NCBI GenBank assembly: GCA_032718475.1 | Contig: JAUCBJ010006757.1 | Location: forward strand, 1 to 64,000 | Direction of reading: 5' to 3' | From: Nemertoderma westbladi | Taxonomy: Eukaryota > Animalia > Xenacoelomorpha | Length of the DNA: 64,000 nucleotides | Shown: positions 36,401-46,019 of the stretch, piece by piece | How the letters are laid out: each line of letters starts with the position of its first letter | Numbering within the stretch: position 1 is the stretch's first letter | Made by a program: the position numbers and the translations under genes | Notes under the pieces: generated by a model | The model's input: only the letters and a program-made list of their open reading frames with translations | What the model was told of the DNA's origin: nothing | Databases searched by the model: none

Positions 36401-38595
36401 TGAGATACTTCAGACCTAACAGGTTGACACATTGTTACAAGGGGTGGTGGTATATCCTTTTGTGCATTTACTAATTTATCGCGTTCTAGCGCGATACTTT
36501 GCTGCACTTCTTGCAACTCTAGCCTACTTTCCCTTACTGTGCCTTTGAATTGTTGAACAGTCTCCTGCATCTGTCCGAGCAGGAGATCCATCCCCCGTCG
36601 TCTCTCATCCACCCATTCGACCGCCGAAGCGGGATTCGCCAACGTTGTAGCGGGCGGACGAGGGACAACGGGCGACAAATCTTGAATATTTCGCTCGGAG
36701 TCCAGGGTATGAACTGTCTCACGGACTGTTCTGCTGGGCACAGGTAGCTTAGTGCTGTGCAAAGGGAATTGTGAGGTAGGTTCAGGGAGTACAGGTGTCT
36801 CTACGACCGAAAGAGTAGCTTCGGGAACAGGCCTAATTATTTCAGGCTCATCTACTATAGTAGGGAGTCTCTCTATTGTAATAATTTGGTCTGTGGGTTC
36901 TGTACTCGCTAAGTTGGTGTTATTTAGTTGCCTTCTAACAGCTGGAGGCAAATCAGGCAATTTCCGACGGTGGAATGTTCTTTTACGTCTGCTTAGGCGA
37001 GATCGATTTCCTCCGCCTTCAGTGTCGGTGGTATCGCCTTCCTCAGATGATGTATAACCTTGTCGTTTGGGAGTAGATCGATTCATCATCTGCATATTAC
37101 TAGCTGTTAACTGTTTATTAACGTTGTCTTGTCTCTCTTGAAGATTTTCCAACTCTAGTTGGGTTGTCTCTTCAGATGCCCTCCGTTCTGCTTCTGCCAC
37201 TGCTATTTTTCTTTCCGCTTCGGCCGCCTTTCTTTCCGCTTCTGCTGCTGCCACCTTTCTTTCCGCTTCGGCCGCCTTTCTTTCGGCTTCTACTGCTGCA
37301 GCTGCCGCTTTTGCCTCTGCCGCTGCCGCTTTTGCCTCTGCCGCTGCCTCTGCCGCTTTTCTATCCACTTCTGCCGCTTTTCGTTCCGCTTCTGCCGCTG
37401 CCACTGCCGCTGCTGCTGTCTTTCTATCTTCTATACGTTTTTTCTTTACTTGTTCTTCTTGAACCTTGGCGATGCGGAGTTGTTCATCGAATTTAGCTTG
37501 GTTCGCCGCTAACCTATCCACATCAATTGCATCCAACACACGCTGGGCTCCTTCACTATTAGGACTAAGTCCCGCTAACCTTCTCCTCAACTCTTCATCT
37601 CCCAAAAAACGCTGATAGTCTGACAGATAGATGTCAATGGCATCCCTCTTATGCGGTTTCTCTGCCGTCGCTTCACTTTCCACTTGGGAAAAAGTAGCGT
37701 CCGTTGATTCTCCATGGGTTGAGCGCTCCTCCAGCTGAGCTTTCCACTGAGCTGTTCCTTGAACCTGGCGACTCACCCGTTGAAACCAAGTCTTTACGGC
37801 AACCTGCAACGACGTGTCTTGTCTTCTTTTAGAAGCCTCTTCAAAGGCTGATAATATTAGCCTGATTCGCAGAATTCTTTCTCTAACTTGATAAAGCAGT
37901 TGTCCCTGCTCTTGAGGTCCCTTTGGTTGTTGAAACAGTTGTTTTTCTACTCGCTCCATAGAGCTGAAGAATCCCTGTGCGTATCCGGCTGCGGACCTCT
38001 TCCACACAGCTGGATCGATGGTTTCCTTGGCTACTCCCATCCGGTGTATGTCTTCCCAGGCAGCTTCTGATAAATCAAATGGGAGTCCGGGTCCGGGGAA
38101 GTTCCATTGTGACTCGACCATAGACTTCAGTTCTTCCCTTGTGTATCCCTCATATCGATCTTTAGTTGATCGCTTACTTCTCGCCCAATCGATCTGGTGT
38201 TCTTCCACCGCAATCAATAACCTAGTGAGTACGGCTGCAGGAAGGATGAGAAGGGGATCCGAATAAACCGCATCCGTCATCCTTGCTCCGCGCTCGGGTG
38301 TCAGTTCTACAGTATCTTCACTACTGGAGCTGTCGGGCCGCTGAGAAATAAGTTCTTGGCTCGCGGGTTGTTGCTGTTCCGCTGCTTCTTGGTCCCGCTT
38401 GACCTGAGCTCGAGTGCCTATGATAGACCTACGATGTTGGACCAGCCTAGGTTCTGTTATTACTACTGGAGGGATGACCTTCCTCACAGTGGGAGGTGAA
38501 CTGAACTTAGGACTAGACGGTTCTACACCTCTGTCTGAGTCGCAGATAGTTACATCTAATAAACTGTCTGACAGGTTCTGTTTAGTATCAGACAT
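30427..38595 (-). CDS. BEL/Pao gag-pol polyprotein (~2722 aa): Gag with three zinc knuckles, aspartic protease, RT, RNase H, integrase
   Basis: Uninterrupted ORF with ATG at 38595 (the track starts at an upstream GTG, 38607). Motifs in order: IVKFNGDEMKWLPF, CALCDGTH, CYNCLRQGH, CAKCGAKHH, ALLDSGS, RVVFDGS, DIEGMFLQV, YMDD, LHVFGDAS, YWTDA, NPADIASRG, H-H..CIPC, GVDLFGP, SDKGTNF, WGGSWERLI, WQTGRI..DGLVRSV. These motifs and their order are diagnostic of BEL/Pao. Confidence 0.98.
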   Translation of the reverse strand: MSDTKQNLSDSLLDVTICDSDRGVEPSSPKFSSPPTVRKVIPPVVITEPRLVQHRRSIIGTRAQVKRDQEAAEQQQPASQELISQRPDSSSSEDTVELTPERGARMTDAVYSDPLLILPAAVLTRLLIAVEEHQIDWARSKRSTKDRYEGYTREELKSMVESQWNFPGPGLPFDLSEAAWEDIHRMGVAKETIDPAVWKRSAAGYAQGFFSSMERVEKQLFQQPKGPQEQGQLLYQVRERILRIRLILSAFEEASKRRQDTSLQVAVKTWFQRVSRQVQGTAQWKAQLEERSTHGESTDATFSQVESEATAEKPHKRDAIDIYLSDYQRFLGDEELRRRLAGLSPNSEGAQRVLDAIDVDRLAANQAKFDEQLRIAKVQEEQVKKKRIEDRKTAAAAVAAAEAERKAAEVDRKAAEAAAEAKAAAAEAKAAAAAVEAERKAAEAERKVAAAEAERKAAEAERKIAVAEAERRASEETTQLELENLQERQDNVNKQLTASNMQMMNRSTPKRQGYTSSEEGDTTDTEGGGNRSRLSRRKRTFHRRKLPDLPPAVRRQLNNTNLASTEPTDQIITIERLPTIVDEPEIIRPVPEATLSVVETPVLPEPTSQFPLHSTKLPVPSRTVRETVHTLDSERNIQDLSPVVPRPPATTLANPASAVEWVDERRRGMDLLLGQMQETVQQFKGTVRESRLELQEVQQSIALERDKLVNAQKDIPPPLVTMCQPVRSEVSHAQGVEPTRIYTASEVETPIVNPIKGNYRPVDNDIPYRPDHNPRNLYTDNSILNNTMAQESFTRQMARTEARQAVKVGEIVKFNGDEMKWLPFNEYYKDNIQNSVLSNGEKLRFLIECLEGSPKLMALKFIGHPDGLRQVWDTLNIRYGNRNNIAGYLYAKLVAPRKFISSGIIEFSDEIQEICRQLDWLGKSHEYQNAMVIRAVASTLPKGGVGTRWDKKVLYMMEQQRRDPTMADLMSFLDGEVKLQLLKLSREKTPENKVSEKPVSRRKVTPVCYTDDGESQTSQGEDSGKDTDRSYYVNKMPKDQVSKFKSRTNDRREQVRKTPPTSPKRIQVRKPEEKASVHNVTQIKVSNIKPKCALCDGTHRLNMCEEFLKKSLTERREVMWDKRLCYNCLRQGHQRRTCYSDIRCAKCGAKHHILLHAEFERNSPNQVSDSELHVQFSDVNDTDQSEMEGFYTDEFSDENESCYMINTAVYRALTYEKDTDSDFTLTTSDRQPSWKEPSSNVGIREFPVVQVRVHGPKRSYVVNALLDSGSTGTFIDKELAEDIFAGQPKFRTKLNMSGIMQVWKSTVTADYYVGALSTPQDELGEHSIRSVKMVAIKNFATTQADLYNWDEDESIQHLNIPRFQTDYPGVQILIGQNAHEALETLEKRPAQPQPLQTYAVRTRVGWYFTGPSRRTLRERLPQERVCQVSEWEDDTSEGDDLTAGTPYSSDNDDVHQLFDEENTIDLLKENEAWQNQVNLCQLLYPSEQEAYNDELNDVIERCNAKTRDEHAVRFFTQEAVEPNSYDKALSVEEERAKQIQETTTRFLKDQGRYEVGLPFRKREPKFINNRPLAEKRIAQLHRRLTANSSAKEMYQTQLDKFISKGYAERVPEETPVTERTYYLTHHYVPKPGKPHEVRVVFDGSALYMGQSLNSELLPGPNLLQSLLGILLRLRQYSIAFASDIEGMFLQVKVLDRDRDSLRFLWWPEGDLNQKPVEYWMTIQAFGIISSPSNACSVVRTTAEDNREAFSKEVIDNIKRDIYMDDNLKSLPSVEEAIEVAKGTVECLKRGGFRLTKFTSNSREFLESIPAEDRGAKDLDLIKDDLPETKTLGLKWDTERDILFFQLKQRDNPVRTKRICLSILSTYFDPLGFISPVILIARSLVQQMWLENHSWDDPLKGELLKKWMKWEDSLPAIEDFIISHSYFGHVLPTYSYQLHVFGDASDMGIGIVAYLRVETPDGIKVALVTSKALINNKLKVPRAELKAALYATAIGRNVTEQIDYPLEKTVYWTDALLVLEYITNEVCQFSVFVTNRVAIILSRTTMDQWRHCPGTINPADIASRGATPKELVNTPEWLGGPDFLYREEEEWPPHLTTAEIRQAKGAEKVKPKTRASKSKLFKPAVDLSVLFTSGEDALDQKPTATTKEVLEIRDKDWKSGIPDIAQGLSPLLQRAIRHYSSWNRLCKAVTYLKRCFHHRYSGTKTNSDDAPSTSARVHVVKDLPKYKISDRFLKEKISYQEHDETNKQMLRLLQCYEDSDKYFLLLRNPQMRLRDRFSSTMIDGLIRVGGRLTNAPLSFDTKFPILIRNLDIQIKMIVDVHSKLYHAGRERVLSEIRTRFYFYKPRRALNQVLRNCIPCRKAFSRPLTQREAELPRERVSFYEPPFTNTGVDLFGPIEVYRARTIVKRWCVIFVCMTCRAIHLDMVNDLSTNSFVLSLRRQIARFGTSNTMRSDKGTNFIGANNAIQAYVKDWNKRQVDDQLKITASSWTFNAADAPWWGGSWERLIRSVKTAFHFIVPCRAYLTDELLRTLMEEIAAYLNERPLMPVSSSPDSQEALTPAHFLLKKPVAMLPRSEITDGDEYCRRTWQLMQLLSRRFADHFEKHYLPTLQLRTKWFAQQENVSAGDMVLIVDPNLPRKRWQTGRIIETHISSDGLVRSVELVVMRRNFKKPGIVFETQQINRPVGRLCLLERDRELSGNYGRQETLPTTTSLIQPTSRDSPT

Positions 38596-38719
38596 GTTGG
38601 TTTGCACAGTTGAATGCCTACTGCTATATTACAGTTTAAGCAAGTCTAGTAATTCAGAGTTAACTGCTAGCCTAGTAATTAATTACCGATACTGCTACTC
38701 AGTGTAGCGTGATATATAT

Positions 38720-39120
38720 AATATATTAGAATACCGGTATGCTTATTGCTTATAGTATATATAACTATATAAGTATTATTACAGACTAGGTTTATCACAG
38801 AATACCGGTATAATTTTAGCACAAATATATATAAATATATAATAGGCCTATCGGGAATACCGGTATACAGCTTACAGTTTGTAGTATATATAATTCTGGA
38901 CTAGAATTAATTACAAGTACCGGTATAATTTCAGCCTAAATTTATAGAAATAAAGATAATAGGCCTATCGTAAATACCGGTATGCAGTTTACACTTATAG
39001 TATATATATATAAGTATAATTACAAACTAGAATTAATTACAGAATACCGGTATGATTTCAACCTAAAATTTATAGAAATAAATATAATAAGCCTATTGTA
39101 AATACCGGTATATCAATTAT
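38720..39120. repeat. ~100-bp degenerate AT-rich tandem units (aataccggta / aggcctat) in the leader; also at 6390-6650 and 61735-61990
   Basis: Recurrent ataccggta and tatagtatata in all three copies, with different unit numbers. Confidence 0.75.
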
Positions 39121-40054
39121 TTTAAATAACTGAATTTCTGAATTTTAAGGGTTACTTGGTTACTTTAACTTACTTTATTGCCGTTATTTAAGCAGTAGTC
39201 CAACTGATATTGAGACCTAATTGTTGTATGGCAGGCCTACTATTTATAAATCGTTTGAGTTGATTTATAATATATATATACCCGTTTAATGGGTTTTGTC
39301 AATGTTGAAATAAATGTTATTATTTCTGGGGAGTCACTACACATAAGCAGTGCGCTCTCAGTGGAGTGCTACTTGTTGGACACTAAAACAAATAATTCTA
39401 ATTTAACTAAGTTACTTAATACTACAAATTACGTACAATTCGGGTTGAGATTACAATCTCTAAATAAACACAAAAATTTACAAAAAACACAAAATACGAA
39501 ATTTTAGGGTAATTTTACAAGAAGTCTACAAACCAGCCTGACAAAGGGTTAGAATCTGGTTATTACAACGGACAGGGTACTACGGTATTTGAAAATAATA
39601 AGTAGTAGTAAATACACTGCGTTGTCCAGATAGGAAAATACCACCGCCTGACGACCTATAGCCGTATCGCTATAGGTACTACGTTATGTATCACGGAGTG
39701 TTCCTACCTAGAAGTTAATAGAGCTAATCGAACGTGCCTATCAACCACTTTACAACACAAATATAATGTCTACACTAATTACTTTCGGAAAGCACTGTAC
39801 ACTAAACCCTAAATTAGGTACGAGTACTTGTACAACATATAATCAGTAGTTAAATATACTTGAACAGCTAAAAGAACCACGGCATCTGCTGGAGTGACCA
39901 AAGCACAAAATCTCCAGTCTTTACCTACGCCGAGCAGCCCTGATGTAGTACCGGGGTTAGTTTAACTATAATGGTATGTATAACAAACACAATTACTGTA
40001 GGAATAAACTTGGGGATATGAATGTTGCGAATAATCGCATAAACTCTGAATAAT

Positions 40055-40625
40055 AAATATTACGCTACGCGTACAGACCATTCAAACAAAATGCAGACCA
40101 AATACTGACAGACTACTATCAAGCCTAAACAAACTACGGTATATGCAGACTCCGAAATGATTAAGTAGTATGCGTTCTAACCCAGTAGTACGACTTATTC
40201 TTTAGATGGGGGTTTACCTTACAGCGATGGCTGCCCCTACTTCCTAACCGTTCTTTATCGGACAGATGCTTTGCACACACCGAAATTTCCTCAAACCCAA
40301 CAACAGCCAGACAACTATCCAGCCTACAAATTATCTAAATAAAATTATACGCTACCCGTACAGACTACACAAACAAAGTACAGACTAAACGATGGCAGAC
40401 TACTCTCAAGCCTAAATAAACTACAGGACAGGCAGACTCCGAAATGATTAGGTAGTATGCGTTCTAACCCAGTAGTACGACTTATTCTTTAGTTGGGGGT
40501 TTACCTTACAGCTTTGGCTGCCCCTACTTCCTAACCGTTCTTTATCGGACAGGTGATCTACACACACTGCAATCCGTTCAGACTTAACAGCAATCAGACA
40601 ACAGCCCAGCCTACAAATTGTCTGT
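40055..40625. repeat. ~286-bp tandem duplication in the leader of copy B
   Basis: gcagactccgaaatgatta.gtagtatgcgttctaacccagtagtacgacttattctttag occurs at ~40145 and ~40432; C has a single copy (~63008). Confidence 0.85.
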
Positions 40626-40894
40626 ACAATATGATCAGGCTTACACGCCTTCTGTTCAATACTGGCCTACAAATAAATAAAACTGACAGAAATAGGCCTA
40701 AGTAAAATCCCAATAAAAACCAGGCGTCCCCGATTAATTATTAAGACCTACCGGCATATAATTATCAAAATCGAATAATACTGCTGTACCTATACTGCTG
40801 TAGGTACCGGTCCGGATGATCAGGCAGTCAGGCCTACAGGTTTCCGGTCGACCGGTACTTTCGACTAGATTGCTTACACCGCAATCCAGAAGCA

Positions 40895-40905
40895 ATATCT
40901 GTTAT
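40895..40905 (-). other. Non-tRNA primer-binding site of copy B (ATAACAGATAT), complementary to an LTR-internal 11-mer
   Basis: It abuts the 5' LTR and has no TGG. It is the reverse complement of 26737-26747 (11/11) and 41623-41633 (10/11). Confidence 0.75.
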
Positions 40906-42074
40906 TGTTTGCGCTTTTAAGACCTTTGACAGTTTAACCTGCCAAAATTAGAATGTCTTTTGGATGATAGATAGTCTTTAGCCTATGACGAGTATTTGAT
41001 ACACTACATTAGCCGAAGCCAGTCTTATGCGCAATCATTCACCCGTTGGATATACCCGGGAGACTGAGTTCGGAGCTTAATGATTGATGGTGTAAGCCTA
41101 CTGTATTATTCGACTGATCGTAATATATAATCTCTGACAAATATTATTCACTTTCGGGAAATATTAACAGTTCCTTTAGGACGTGGCGCTCTAAATATGT
41201 AAACAGAGTTATGACTTAAACTAGACGCAACGAAAAGGCTATAGATTCACGTATATGGCGCATTCTTTAGGAGATGCTTTGTTATCAGTTACACTCATAC
41301 ACAATGCTGCACAATACTGCACACTAATCTGCCGACCTTCACTAAATTTGGTCACGTATAAAGAGAGCAACAGACAATTTATGTTGGGCATATGAAATAG
41401 CATTAGATTCACTTCAAACCACTCAACATAGGTCGCAATCGTTTATCTGTAACCGGTCTCTTTAGTATATCAAGAAGGTGGGGTGTCTGACTATTGATCA
41501 GTATTCCGATATAATAATTCATCAGCAAATATAACGAATAACCGACATTAAAAGCAGTAATATTAATGTATAAATGATTATTAAGTGAATGAGTTAACTT
41601 GTGTAACTCGTGAGTAGTTAAGATAACATATATACGTTCTATAATTGAGCCTACTAATGTAAGACTAAAGACTGAAAACACGGAGGTGCCAAAAGCCGGT
41701 TCTTAGGCTCTGGGCAAAAACATAACACTGAACTACTGAGTTCTGTATACACCTCCAACACAGAGACAAAAAACGCTCTGATTGGTCAACCGAACAACGA
41801 GAGAACAAAGAAACAAAGAAACGTCGACGTGGCAATATCAGCTGTTAGCCGTCGTCATGGTAGCGACACTGTTTTCAAGAGTATCCAGGTTATCGCGTAA
41901 CGAGATTGCGGATTATGTCCTCTAAAGTACAAATACAGTACAAATACAGAAGAAATGACTTTTATGTCCTCTAAAACACCAGTACGGCAAGGACACGGCC
42001 TTTTTATGCCTGGCAAACCAACTACAGAGTACTTTAAGGGAAAATAACCGGTTAATGACGCAAAAGCTTTTACA
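40906..42074 (-). repeat. 5' LTR of copy B (1169 bp)
   Basis: Direct repeat of 26014-27187, followed by the TSD. Confidence 0.97.
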
Positions 42075-44239
42075 CTGCCGATGTGAAAGGCCTACTAAAC
42101 CAGTGGAATTTGTGAGCATAAAAAAGGTCCCCCGTGCTCTGACAAATCCCAGTCAAGTTTATAATACTGTAGGCTAGGCTAAGCTGCTAAGCACTGCTAG
42201 CGTTTTGAATCCGTATTCACGAAAGTAGGCATTGTATTACCCAGCAAGGGAGTTACTAGGTGGGTATTCCCTACTGGCAAATAACTCGCCTTAAAGTCGC
42301 CTTAAATTCACGTAAAGCAAACACATGGTAAATACCTCTAACATTCACTAACAAAGGTCTTTGGTAGCGGTGTTTACTACAGGTAATTACTGGACATAGT
42401 AAATTTTGTCTAATGATATTCACAAAATAAAAGTAGATATTACCCTCGTCTTTAGAGGCAGGAAATACCTAAATTTGCTGGAGGAGGGATAGGGATCTAC
42501 CAGCATTTGGTAAACAATTTGGTAAAGCATTTGAATTTTGATCTACAATAACAGAATAAAGAGGCTACAGAAACAATATCAAACACAGTCAAAAATTGCT
42601 TCAGTGACATGGGCACAAAACTTAACAAAAATTGCAGTGGCGAAAGGCGATATAAACAGCTGACAAACACCTTAGTAGTGTTACCATACCAGTCCGTACA
42701 TTGAAATTGAAACATTATTTCTGCAGTTTGCTACCGGTACTGTACCGTGTACCGGTACATTGAAATAGAAACATTATTCGCAGTAGAGCTAGGCCTACCT
42801 TTTATTTGAATTGTACTGTAATTGGCTAACACTAACACTCTCCTATAGCCAAAAGGTGTGCAGGTGTCCCAGGCGAGTCTGCCCCTCCCCACCAAGGAAT
42901 GCCCCCCTCCCCAAAGACTTACCGGTACTATAAGTACAGTATAATAATACTGTAGTAGGCCTAGCGTACCGTACAGCACTTTAACTTGGATTTATTTGTT
43001 TATTTTTTTTTGGTTAGGGTTAGTTTGTACTGTATGGCAGGCCCAAACCCTATTTAAAACAGTCATGTAATTTCGTAAATTACCATATTGGCCCTTCGGG
43101 GCAATGGCAAGGCAGCAAGGGTCCAAAATTCCACAAAATTTATTAAATTAGACCCTCATGCATGACTAGGGTTAGGTTTACATGACAGTTTTAATTAGGG
43201 CTTCGGACCGCCACTGTCGAAATTTGGGGTGAAAATGCCGTGCGGGGGGGGGGCATTTTCGCCTGTGACACCGGTTCGGCCCAAACAGCCAAATGCCCAG
43301 TCACCAGAACCGGTTTCGGTTGGGGAAAAGCTCTTTTCTTGAATGCGTACATTTTACCTACTTTACTACTTAGGTATTAAACAGGTAAATCATAATTATT
43401 TTGTCTAATTCACGAATGTTTGGTGTTATATTATAGTATATGTTACCGCACTCTTTATTGGGATTAATTAATTAACAATAATACTAAATGCCATATACAA
43501 TATACTGTACATAATAGTACATTTCATACTGTTACCGGTACTTGTTTAAATGCTACTGTATGTTACTTTTTACTTTCATTAATTGTTTTTGATAGCTACT
43601 GTAATATGGCTATCCCCCCAAATTCTGCACAGGCGAAAAGTGCTGGCAACCAACTGACAATTGTACTTGTATATGTAAATGGTGCCAAAATAGTGTAGTA
43701 CCGGTACTGTACATACCTGTCCATTATAAACACTGTTCTAAAATACCGAGTTTTTGTTAGTCACTTAAAACTGCATTGTACCTTTACAAGATTTGAAACA
43801 ACCATTAATAATAAGGTGTTTGCCAGCATGCCGTATCCCACCACTGCTAATTTTATCGACTGTGTTTCTTATGTTTCTGTAGCTCCTTTATTCAGTTATT
43901 GTACATCAAAATTCAACCAAATGACATCATTAAGGGATAAATTCAATGTACTAATAATTGATGATTGATGACATAGGCTTAATTATTATACTGGTTACTA
44001 CACTAGAGTACCTGTTTGCCGGTACTACTGTACTGTACTTGTACTGCAGTACTAACAAACTGTAACTTCGGTAGGCCCTAGCTAATTTCTCAAATTGTAG
44101 GCCTATTAAACAATTATTCAATTGTTTATTTACCAAAGGCCTAATAATCTTAGATAGTCCATATAAATTGACGGAACTGGCTCACTGGTATTGATTTGTA
44201 ATCACAGAACTCCAAACTCAGCCCTGTTTCACGTTCACA

Positions 44240-45343
44240 ATGTCTGATATCAAGGAACACAGCTCATTGGCTAACTTCGCCCCGGGGCCGGCCCGTATAT
44301 CCACCGAAGTCCTCGTCAAGGCCCAATCGGAACTGCTCAGTCTGGACCACACAGGGATCAGTCCGTTGGAGATGAGCCACAGATCGGCCCAGTTCGACAA
44401 TATAAACAACGAGGCGGAGGCCAACCTTCGAGAACTCCTAGACATTCCACCCAACTACAAAGTAATCTTCATGCAAGGCGGAGGTCACGGCCAATTCGCG
44501 GCCATTCCTCTCAATCTCCTCCCTACAGGTGGCGAGGCGGATTACATAGTTAGTGGGACTTGGAGTCAGAAAGCCTTTAACGAGGGAAAGAAGTTCGGCA
44601 AGATAAACTTGGCGGCGCAACCGGACCCGTTTACATCGATACCTCCGCAGGAGTCCTGGAAGATCAGCGAGAAATCGTCGTATCTTTACTACTGCGCCAA
44701 CGAAACGATTCACGGGGTTGAATTCTCGTTCGTTCCCCAACACCCCAGCGGCGTCGTTGTTGCCGATGTCTCTTCCAACTTCCTTTCCCAACCCATCGAC
44801 GTCTCCAAGTTCGGGATTCTCTACGCCGGTGCCCAGAAGAACGTCGGACCTTCGGGTTTAACAGTGGTTATAGTTCGGGAGGATTTAATAGGTAATCAGA
44901 AACCGAATTGCCCTGCGATATTGAACTATAAGTTGTTCGCTGACGCGAGAAGTTTGTACAATACGCCGCCGACCTTCAATATTTATTTGGCTAATTTGGT
45001 TTTCCGATGGATTAAAGAGAAGGGAGGTTTGGCGGCTATGCGGGATCTCAGTGTCCGTAAGTCGTCGTTGCTGTACGATATTATCGGGAATTCCGGCGGT
45101 TTCTACCGCTGTCCCGTTGATCCCGCGTGTCGCAGTAAGATGAATGTTGTGTTCCGTGTTGCTGGAGGCGATGTGGGGGTCGAGAAACGGTTTCTTACTG
45201 AGGCAGCCGGTCGAGGGTTGGTTAGTCTGGCAGGGCACCGCTCGGTTGGAGGGATAAGGGCGTCGTTGTATAACTCGGTTACCGTAGAGGACACCGAGAA
45301 GTTGGCCGGGTTTATGAAGGAGTTTATGGAGAAGGAACAGTGA
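44240..45343 (+). CDS. PSAT1: Phosphoserine aminotransferase (class-V PLP enzyme), single coding exon, 367 aa
   Basis: NFAPGPA, LEMSHRS, QGGGHGQF, YCANETIHGVEF, DVSSNFLS, AGAQKNVG (PLP lysine), YNTPP, RSKMNV, GHRSVGGIRASLYN. Full length with animal-type wording. Confidence 0.97.
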   Translation: MSDIKEHSSLANFAPGPARISTEVLVKAQSELLSLDHTGISPLEMSHRSAQFDNINNEAEANLRELLDIPPNYKVIFMQGGGHGQFAAIPLNLLPTGGEADYIVSGTWSQKAFNEGKKFGKINLAAQPDPFTSIPPQESWKISEKSSYLYYCANETIHGVEFSFVPQHPSGVVVADVSSNFLSQPIDVSKFGILYAGAQKNVGPSGLTVVIVREDLIGNQKPNCPAILNYKLFADARSLYNTPPTFNIYLANLVFRWIKEKGGLAAMRDLSVRKSSLLYDIIGNSGGFYRCPVDPACRSKMNVVFRVAGGDVGVEKRFLTEAAGRGLVSLAGHRSVGGIRASLYNSVTVEDTEKLAGFMKEFMEKEQ

Positions 45344-46019
45344 TGTCGCAGTGTGATATGTGATAGGTTGTAGCGGCAGAATGGTGCTGGGTTCTAGTCG
45401 TAGAGTAACTGATTAAATATAGACCACAGGGATAGTGTATTGGTATCTGGAATGCTTAGCTTACAAAAAATGGTCGCAATATTATGGAGTTTATTTTTAC
45501 AATTATTTTTCTTCAGTAATTAATGTGATTGCTTTATTGTGCTATTAATTATTTTTATCAGGTAATTTAATGGCAATAATTTGCGAATTGGTAATTTTAG
45601 TGGCACAAATTGAATGTATTTCTATGTAGTTTAAATATTATAGTTATCTTATAATGACCGCGGTATATTACTATAATATACTGTTTACCAGTTTAGCAGT
45701 TTAAATTGGGGTTAATAATTGATATAATAATTTCTATTTGTTTGTCACAATTGAGTTCTGCTGTTTAATTAATTATAATTTGGTGGAAGTTAGTCAGTTT
45801 CAGTGTTACTGTAAACTTTCGCGTATTCAACTGAAAATAAGTCACATAAATAAATTATTGTCTCCATAAAAACGTCTATAACATATTCTTTGCAACTTAC
45901 ACAATGTAAACGGGCTAGCATTATAGAACTATTGACTCAAAGAAATTAATTGTTGCGCTTTCTTAAAAAACATATAAGTTCATCTTATTTTTAAAATCGA
46001 GCAGATGTCCTAAATGTAT

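Larger units (their letters stand above)
26014..42074 (-). mobile_element. Full-length BEL/Pao LTR retrotransposon copy B (16,061 bp) with 5-bp TSD CTGCC
   Basis: Two LTRs bounded by TG...CA; CTGCC at 26009-26013 and 42075-42079; intact gag-PR-RT-RH-IN ORF. Confidence 0.98.

Noticed and set aside
39930-39960. Hammerhead-like CTGATG in the leader (also ~62810)
   Set aside because: It reads CTGATGT rather than CTGANGA, has no properly placed GAAA or stems, and is antisense to the element.
44240-45343. Horizontally acquired bacterial serC
   Set aside because: The sequence follows animal PSAT1 closely (YYCANETIHGVEF, DVSKFG, GFYRCPV, RSKMNV, EKRFL). Lack of introns alone is not evidence of transfer.
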